Of a DNA stretch of 64,000 bases, positions 57,806 to 64,000 are shown in pieces. The first letter of the stretch is position 1. Each line of letters begins with the position of its first letter. The notes under the pieces are model-generated. The model ran no database searches. It worked only from the letters and a program-made list of their open reading frames with translations, and had not been told where the DNA came from. Both the position numbers and the translations under genes were made by a program. The DNA comes from an uncultured Pseudomonadota bacterium (GTDB lineage Bacteria; Pseudomonadota; Alphaproteobacteria; RF32; CAG-239). The stretch is from the NCBI GenBank assembly GCA_949286215.1, contig CASDYX010000005.1, forward strand, positions 1,069 through 65,068. Direction: 5' to 3'.

Positions 57806-58987
57806 ATGAAATTTAATGCGCCTGATCACTTTAGTCACAGTTTTGAATTAAAGTTAGAACACTTACCTACAAAAAAATCTGACAGAATTGCTTTGAGCAT
57901 TTTATATCCCGGATTGCTATTTGGGGCTTTGTTGGTATTGTTAGGTCTTTATGAGTTCTTTAACGGATTTAAGGGAACTACCTGCTCTTTTGATATTTCC
58001 GGAAATGAACAGGCCGTTATTGAACCAATCATGAAACCTTGGGTGTTTGATTGGGCTATTATTGCTTTGGGCGCATGGATTGTTGTTTCTCTTATATTTT
58101 CTTACATCAGATACAAAAAAATCTTTCTTAATAAAGACAGTGTCGAAATTATTCATCGCCCCGTATTTGGTAAAAAACAACACATAAAAGAAAAATTACA
58201 AAATTATGAAGGGGTGCGTTTTAGAATCGAGTTTTTCCAATTTGGATTTTTGAATAAAAATAAATACATTATTGAACTCTACCACAAAAATAAAAACAAA
58301 ATCGTTCCCCTTTATATCAGCACCTCAGATAAAAAAATCCGACGCATGTGGGAGTATTATGCCAAAGGATTAAATTTACCGGCATTGTTTATGACTGATG
58401 AGGGAATGGTGGTTCGAAATGTTGAGGACTTGGATAAATCTTTGCAAGAGTTAGCCAAAGCCGGAATTATTGAAAGCAAGTATGACGACAGAGCTCCTCT
58501 TCCTCCTTCTCTTGCGCTTGTTCGTAAAAGAGATAAAACCGTTATTAAATCACGAAAGTTTGTGTGGGATGCCTATAATATCATTGCCTGGTTTGGAGTA
58601 ATGCTTTTGGGTGCTTTTCTGCTTTGTTCCGCCATTTCCAATGAATTCGGATTAAACATTACCGATAAATTCTGGGAATATGGATTTTATGGTTGCGGTA
58701 TTGCACTTATCCTGATGGGGGTTTGGTTATTATGCAGAAAAGATAAAGTCGTTATAAAGCCTCATAAAGTCATTATCGTGCATAAATTTATGCTCTTTTC
58801 ACGCAAAGATAATGAAATCAACAAAGACGCTATCGAATCGGTAGAAGTCAGTTTTGACCCTTCAACAGAAAGATATTTTCTATCTATCTCGTCTGATTGT
58901 AAAACCATGGTATTTGGTAAAAAACTACCTCTTGATGACCTGAAATGGGTAAAAGCATTCCTTATTCACGATATTGTTCGGAAATAA
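57806..58987 (+). CDS. Hypothetical membrane protein with duplicated 2TM + soluble domain architecture
   Basis: 393 aa, GAAGGA SD, two TM pairs each followed by a beta-rich region. Confidence 0.75.
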   Translation: MKFNAPDHFSHSFELKLEHLPTKKSDRIALSILYPGLLFGALLVLLGLYEFFNGFKGTTCSFDISGNEQAVIEPIMKPWVFDWAIIALGAWIVVSLIFSYIRYKKIFLNKDSVEIIHRPVFGKKQHIKEKLQNYEGVRFRIEFFQFGFLNKNKYIIELYHKNKNKIVPLYISTSDKKIRRMWEYYAKGLNLPALFMTDEGMVVRNVEDLDKSLQELAKAGIIESKYDDRAPLPPSLALVRKRDKTVIKSRKFVWDAYNIIAWFGVMLLGAFLLCSAISNEFGLNITDKFWEYGFYGCGIALILMGVWLLCRKDKVVIKPHKVIIVHKFMLFSRKDNEINKDAIESVEVSFDPSTERYFLSISSDCKTMVFGKKLPLDDLKWVKAFLIHDIVRK

Positions 58988-59073
58988 TTGTCAGCGAATC
59001 GGATTAAAGGATTGCCTTGTTGGGATTTTGAGGTATATATAAAACATATTTGTGACTTTTAACCTAGGGTAAA

Positions 59074-59772
59074 GTGAGTATTAAAATGAAAAAGAAAGAA
59101 ACAAGCGCGGAATCAAGAGCTATTGATAATTTTTTCAGAGAGGTTTCTGAAGATGTTCAAAACGATAAGCTCAAAAAAATTTGGGATACTTACGGGTTGC
59201 ACATCATTATTGCAATCATTGTCATTTTGACAATTGCCGTCAGTTTTGAAACCTTGAAAGCTTGGAAAATCAAAAGAAACGAGACTTGGTCAGATGCTTA
59301 TGCTTATGCCTTAAACCTCCAAAACCAAGGTAAATATGATGAAAGTATGAATGTTTTGGGTGAGATTTCTCAAAAAAACAAAGGGATTTACAGAGATCTT
59401 TCCGAAATTCAAAAATCAAACATTTTGTTTGAGCAAGGTAAGAATGCCGAAGCATTGGCTTTGCTTGAAAAGATTGTTAATGACGAAAGCATCGATCCGA
59501 AGATGCGTCATATTACGGCCGTAAAATTAGCCTCTTATAAATTAGATACGGCCCCGAGAGAAGAAATTGAGAAACTGCTTGCTCCTTTAATGAATGAAGA
59601 GAGTTCTTGGAAAAATATTGCCAAAGAAATGTTAGCTATGCTTGAAATCCGTGAAGGTAACATAGAAAAAGCTAAAGAGATTTATGGCGAAATTTTGAAC
59701 TCTCCTGATTTAAGCGATGGCTTAAAATTAAGAGTTCAAGATATGTTATCTGCATTAAATTCAATTAATTAG
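59074..59772 (+). CDS. YfgM-like TPR membrane protein
   Basis: FFREVSEDVQ...W..YG plus TM plus TPR; canonical position before bamB-der. Confidence 0.85.
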   Translation: MSIKMKKKETSAESRAIDNFFREVSEDVQNDKLKKIWDTYGLHIIIAIIVILTIAVSFETLKAWKIKRNETWSDAYAYALNLQNQGKYDESMNVLGEISQKNKGIYRDLSEIQKSNILFEQGKNAEALALLEKIVNDESIDPKMRHITAVKLASYKLDTAPREEIEKLLAPLMNEESSWKNIAKEMLAMLEIREGNIEKAKEIYGEILNSPDLSDGLKLRVQDMLSALNSIN

Positions 59773-59794
59773 TAAAATTTTTGAGGAGAAGGCA

Positions 59795-61126
59795 ATGCTT
59801 CCTTATAAATTGTCAAAAACTACAACCGTGGTCGCTTGCATGATGTTAGCATCCTGCGGAATGTTTTCTAAAGACAGATTGGTGTTGGATGGAGAAAGAA
59901 TTTCTGTTTTAAACACTGAAGCTAAAGTCCGCCCTGATTATAAAGAAGGTGAATATAAGGTTGTTTTGCCCAGACCTCACATTAACAGAAGTTGGTCGCA
60001 AAGCGGCGGTAATTCCGTACACAGAATGGAACATTTACAGACAGGAAGTAAATTAACCACCTTTTGGGATAGCAATTTCGGAGAAGGTAACTCTAAAAGA
60101 GATTACTTGATTGCAACACCTGTCATTGCCTATAAAGTTGTTTTTACAATTGATGCTGATGCTAAAGTCAGTGCATATCGTTTGGACAACGGGGAAAGAA
60201 TTTGGGAAAGAAAACTTAAACCCTTAATTAAAGATGATAAATCAACCTCTCTTAAAGGCGCCGGTTTGGCAGAATATAAACGCAAGATTTATGCAACAAC
60301 CGGTTTTGGCGGCGTGTTTGCTCTGGATATGATTACGGGTAAAAAAGTTTGGTTCTATAATGCCGGAATACCGATTAGAATTGCCCCGACCGTGGCAAAT
60401 GACCGCGTTTTGGTTCAGACAATCGACAATACTTTAATTGCCTTAAATGCTCAGACAGGTACTGAAGAATGGCGCTACAAATCAGCACAAGAACAAACTG
60501 TTTTGGTGGGAGGGGCAAGTCCTGCATATGATCCTTACCAAGACTTAATTGTTGCTGCTTTTTCTAATGGCGAATTAAGAGCGTTTAAGGGCTCGACCGG
60601 TTCTCCTTTGTGGTCTGATTGGTTAGCGGCTCATGCTCGCAACAACTCTTTAGCAAATATCAATGCCATCAAATCTAATCCGGTGATTAGCGGTAATGTG
60701 GTTTATGCCGCCGGACATAATGATATTTTGGTAGCTATTGATGTCAGAACCGGGGAAAGAATTTGGGAAAAAGACATCGGTAGTACAAATCAGCCATGGG
60801 TTGCCGGAAGAATGTTGTTTGTTCTCTCAAACACAAATGATTTGTTAGCCATTGAGGCGGAGACAGGAAAAATCGTTTGGAGTACAAAAATTCCTTTGGG
60901 AACATCTGATGACGATAAATCCGGAGTATTCTTGAGTGGTCCGGTTTTAACAGACAATCGTTTGTTAGTGGCAACTTCTAGCGGATATGCTTTTGCAATT
61001 TCTCCTTATACCGGAAAGATTATGAGCTTTGTTGCTCTGGATGATGGGGTAGAAGTTCCTCCGGTTGTGGCTGATGGTATCACAATTTTAACCACAAACG
61101 ATGCAGATTTAATTGCATATAAGTAA
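59795..61126 (+). CDS. bamB: PQQ beta-propeller lipoprotein, BamB-like
   Basis: LASC lipobox, GERISVL, repeated GxxxW blades. Confidence 0.8.
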   Translation: MLPYKLSKTTTVVACMMLASCGMFSKDRLVLDGERISVLNTEAKVRPDYKEGEYKVVLPRPHINRSWSQSGGNSVHRMEHLQTGSKLTTFWDSNFGEGNSKRDYLIATPVIAYKVVFTIDADAKVSAYRLDNGERIWERKLKPLIKDDKSTSLKGAGLAEYKRKIYATTGFGGVFALDMITGKKVWFYNAGIPIRIAPTVANDRVLVQTIDNTLIALNAQTGTEEWRYKSAQEQTVLVGGASPAYDPYQDLIVAAFSNGELRAFKGSTGSPLWSDWLAAHARNNSLANINAIKSNPVISGNVVYAAGHNDILVAIDVRTGERIWEKDIGSTNQPWVAGRMLFVLSNTNDLLAIEAETGKIVWSTKIPLGTSDDDKSGVFLSGPVLTDNRLLVATSSGYAFAISPYTGKIMSFVALDDGVEVPPVVADGITILTTNDADLIAYK

Positions 61127-61140
61127 AGGATTAATGGTAA

Positions 61141-62577
61141 ATGAGTATTAAACTGGCAATTGTCGGCAGACCTAATGTTGGAAAATCGACCTTGTTTAAT
61201 CGCTTGGTTGGTAGAAAGTTGGCAATTGTTCACGACCAACCGGGTGTAACGCGTGACCGCAAAGAAGCAAAAGCAAAGCTCCAAAATTTGGACTTGGTTG
61301 TGATTGATACCGCCGGATATGAATACTCAAACGAAGATAATCTGGAAAAAAGAATGTGGTTGCAAACAAAAAAAGCAATTGAAGATGCGGATGTTTGCTT
61401 GTTTTTGTTTGATGCAAGAGATGGCGTACAACCTTTTGACAAGCATTTTGCCGACTTGGTAAGACAAAGCGGAAAGCCAGTCATTTTGTTGGCCAATAAA
61501 TGTGAAGGGAAACTCCAAGAAGACAGTATTCATGAAGCCTATTCACTTGGTTTGGGCGAACCTATTCCCTTTTCGGCCGAGCATGGCTTGGGGTTGTTAG
61601 ACTTATATGAGGCTTTGCGTCCTCACAACAAGCAAGATACTAAAAAAGAAGATGAAAAAATCAACTTTGATGGAATGAGTGACGAAGAAATTACTCAATA
61701 CTTGGACGCCAAAGCAAAAGCTAAACCTATTCAATTGGCAATTGTCGGCAGACCAAATGTCGGAAAATCAACTTTAGTTAACGCTCTTCTTAACGATGAA
61801 AGAATGTTGACAGGTCCTGAGGCTGGAGTAACACGCGATGCCATCAGTAATGAATGGGAGTGGAAGGGCCGTAAGGTAATTTTGGTTGATACAGCAGGAT
61901 TACGACGCCAATCAAGAGTAGATGATTCTTTGGAAAAGATGTCAGTAGCCAGCACCAAACACGCCGCCTACATGGCGCAAGTTGTGGTTTTGGTTTTGGA
62001 TGCAGATGCCGTGCTTGACAAACAAGATTTAACAATAGCCCGCGAAGTTATTGATGAAGGTAGAGCTTTGGTGATTGCCGTTAATAAATGGGATATTGCC
62101 AACCGTAAAGAAGCCTTGCAAAAGCTCAATGACAAGCTGCAGACATCTCTCACCCAAGTTGAAGGCGTTCCAACCGTGACCATCTCCGCCCTAAAGAAAG
62201 AGGGGTTGGATAAATTGATGAGTGCAGTATTTAAGGTTTATGATCGTTGGAATGTCCGTATTCCAACCGCACCCTTAAACAAATGGTTTGAAGACATTAA
62301 AGATAACTGCCCGCCTCCATTGGGCAAAAACAAACGTCGGATTAAATTGCGTTATATTACACAAGCCAAGACAAGACCACCGGCATTTTATATGTTCTCA
62401 AGCAATCCTGAAGGCCTGCCTGATTCCTATTTGCGTTATTTGACCAACAATTTGCGTGAGACATTTAATTTGGGAGGTATTCCAATTCGGATTACCGTAC
62501 GCAAAACCGGAAACCCATACGCCGATAAAAAGGAAAAGCGTGCTCCTTTGCGCAATAAAAACAAACCTAAAGAGTAA
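61141..62577 (+). CDS. der: Ribosome biogenesis GTPase Der
   Basis: Two GRPNVGKST domains, GVTRD, DTAG, SAEHG, KH-like C-terminus. Confidence 0.97.
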   Translation: MSIKLAIVGRPNVGKSTLFNRLVGRKLAIVHDQPGVTRDRKEAKAKLQNLDLVVIDTAGYEYSNEDNLEKRMWLQTKKAIEDADVCLFLFDARDGVQPFDKHFADLVRQSGKPVILLANKCEGKLQEDSIHEAYSLGLGEPIPFSAEHGLGLLDLYEALRPHNKQDTKKEDEKINFDGMSDEEITQYLDAKAKAKPIQLAIVGRPNVGKSTLVNALLNDERMLTGPEAGVTRDAISNEWEWKGRKVILVDTAGLRRQSRVDDSLEKMSVASTKHAAYMAQVVVLVLDADAVLDKQDLTIAREVIDEGRALVIAVNKWDIANRKEALQKLNDKLQTSLTQVEGVPTVTISALKKEGLDKLMSAVFKVYDRWNVRIPTAPLNKWFEDIKDNCPPPLGKNKRRIKLRYITQAKTRPPAFYMFSSNPEGLPDSYLRYLTNNLRETFNLGGIPIRITVRKTGNPYADKKEKRAPLRNKNKPKE

Positions 62578-62595
62578 CCTTTATCCTTTTCCAAA

Positions 62596-62626
62596 ACAAG
62601 TCCCTTTAATACTAAAAGGGACTTGT
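62596..62626. terminator. Terminator between convergent genes
   Basis: ACAAGTCCCTTT...AAAGGGACTTGT. Confidence 0.75.
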
Positions 62627-62666
62627 AATATTAAATATTTGATTTATGCGTTCATTATAGATATTA

Positions 62667-63332
62667 TTATAAACTTATTGCACATCTTACTTTATTTAAA
62701 TTCTCAACACGCTCATGACTAGCGCGGCGATTTGCAAAATCTACATATCCTCCATGGGGATATATTCCTGTTTGCTCTTTGGTAGTGAAATAAGTGGAAT
62801 CCCAGTATTTATCTGTAAACAATGTCTTACCTAGTTGATACAAACTGCCCTGTACATTATTTAAATTCGTTGTATTACTATAAATAATTGTTAACTCACT
62901 CTCATTAGGTAACCTCCAATCTGTCAAACCATGGGCACTATATCCATCACAATAACTTTTAGCATCGTGCCAATTTCTATGACTGTTTTCATCAAAACTA
63001 ATAACAGTAAGAGGAGAAATATTTACAACAACACCTATTACTTTACGTAAAGGATCTAATTTACTTAGCTTTACAACACATGTTCCATCACTATAAGCAA
63101 TATTTCCTATTTTATCACATGCTTTTACTGTTTTCTCATCACAAAAAACTTTACTTGTATCAAATGGACATTTGATAGTTGCCACTCCTGAGCAATCACT
63201 CGCCGTTTTAGTGTAGCCTAAAGTAGCGCAATCCGGTGTTGGGGTGCAATCAATTGCATAGGAATTTGTAACACTTAATATCAATCCAAAAGCGGAAGAT
63301 ATTTGCAACATTCTTTTATATGACTTTCTCAT
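62667..63332 (-). CDS. Secreted protein: Cys-rich CxxLGY module + DUF1566-like (C-type lectin fold) domain
   Basis: Signal peptide (SYA), CATLGYTK..C..KCPFD..VFC, WHDAKSYC, WRLPNESEL, YWDST, VRC. Confidence 0.8.
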   Translation of the reverse strand: MRKSYKRMLQISSAFGLILSVTNSYAIDCTPTPDCATLGYTKTASDCSGVATIKCPFDTSKVFCDEKTVKACDKIGNIAYSDGTCVVKLSKLDPLRKVIGVVVNISPLTVISFDENSHRNWHDAKSYCDGYSAHGLTDWRLPNESELTIIYSNTTNLNNVQGSLYQLGKTLFTDKYWDSTYFTTKEQTGIYPHGGYVDFANRRASHERVENLNKVRCAISL

Positions 63333-63358
63333 TTTCTTTCTCCTTTTTGAATTGAATT

Positions 63359-64000
63359 TTAAGAATCTTTACAAAATACAGCTGCACTATTGTATGGGCA
63401 TTTGACGTAGCCATTAGGACATTGACTTGCTGATTTTGTGTAGCCTAGCGTTGTGCAATTGGTTTGTGGGGAGGTGCACCAATAGGTATAATTTGTTGCA
63501 CAACCAATATCGCAGTACTTTTGTGAGCAATCTTCATAATCACAAACGACGCCATCCGGACAGCTAGAAAGCGAACATTTATTCTCGCAAGTTTTGCAGT
63601 TATTGTAATATTTGGTACCATTCAACAGACAGTAGTCACTTGGTGTAACCGGTCCTAGTTCTGAACATGTCATATTGTAGCCTGCTTTGCACTGACAAGC
63701 TGTATATTTGGTTACCCCATTATAGGTACAGCCCTCTCCGCTTCCTTGTTGGTTTGTTCCTGTACAAGTTTGATTATAGTTACTCGGACATACACATTCT
63801 GAATAATATTTTGTTCCTTCTTCGGTACAGCTACTGTTTGAAGGAACTTGTGGCTCCGTGCATTTTTCAATTGGATATAATGTTCTATTGCAGACACATT
63901 TATATTTGCCACCACAACTATCCGTACTTAATTCGTTAGGTGAATTACATGTTGCTGAGGTATATTTATAGCTATCGGAACAGCATGTTTTAAAATATTT
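63359..64000 (-). CDS. Cys-rich repeat protein, 3' part (runs off the window)
   Basis: Frame is open from 64000 (KYFKTCCSDSYKY...) through MTCSELG to KDS*; ORF track shows only the last 104 aa. Confidence 0.85.
   Translation of the reverse strand, partial: KYFKTCCSDSYKYTSATCNSPNELSTDSCGGKYKCVCNRTLYPIEKCTEPQVPSNSSCTEEGTKYYSECVCPSNYNQTCTGTNQQGSGEGCTYNGVTKYTACQCKAGYNMTCSELGPVTPSDYCLLNGTKYYNNCKTCENKCSLSSCPDGVVCDYEDCSQKYCDIGCATNYTYWCTSPQTNCTTLGYTKSASQCPNGYVKCPYNSAAVFCKDS

Noticed and set aside
61154-61770. Direct repeat ggcaattgtcggcagacc
   Set aside because: Encodes the two G1 motifs of Der's tandem GTPase domains
62667-63332. Diversity-generating retroelement
   Set aside because: Only a possible target domain; no reverse transcriptase or template repeat seen in this window

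Overview
Compact, AT-rich (roughly 40% GC by eye) chromosomal window from an anaerobic/fermentative alphaproteobacterium. Gene order (divergent anmK-tyrS, yfgM-bamB-der, TIGR01459 HAD), [FeFe]-hydrogenase maturases and Cys-rich 'CxxLGY' proteins suggest a gut RF32-like lineage (inference). The backbone is housekeeping: uup, hydG/hydF, tcdA, tatD, alr, type-2 ileS, tyrS, bat operon, dtd, msbA, ldh, tgt, fba, rpe, phoB, tkt, rlmD, a diguanylate cyclase and der. No rRNA, tRNA, CRISPR or mobile element was seen. Most notable: (1) an unannotated 15-aa Ile-rich leader peptide with promoter and G-free tract upstream of ileS, a likely Rho-type attenuator; (2) three large, signal-peptide-less, mosaic paralogous proteins resembling membrane-inserting effectors; (3) orphan mini-islands with a shared 16-nt, Shine-Dalgarno-less, Bacteroidota-like leader, several encoding lipoproteins; (4) a structured candidate sRNA beside tkt; (5) a Cys-rich repeat protein and a DUF1566-like protein sharing one module; (6) several enzymes with degenerate catalytic motifs; (7) a tgt-LOG nucleosidase gene pair.
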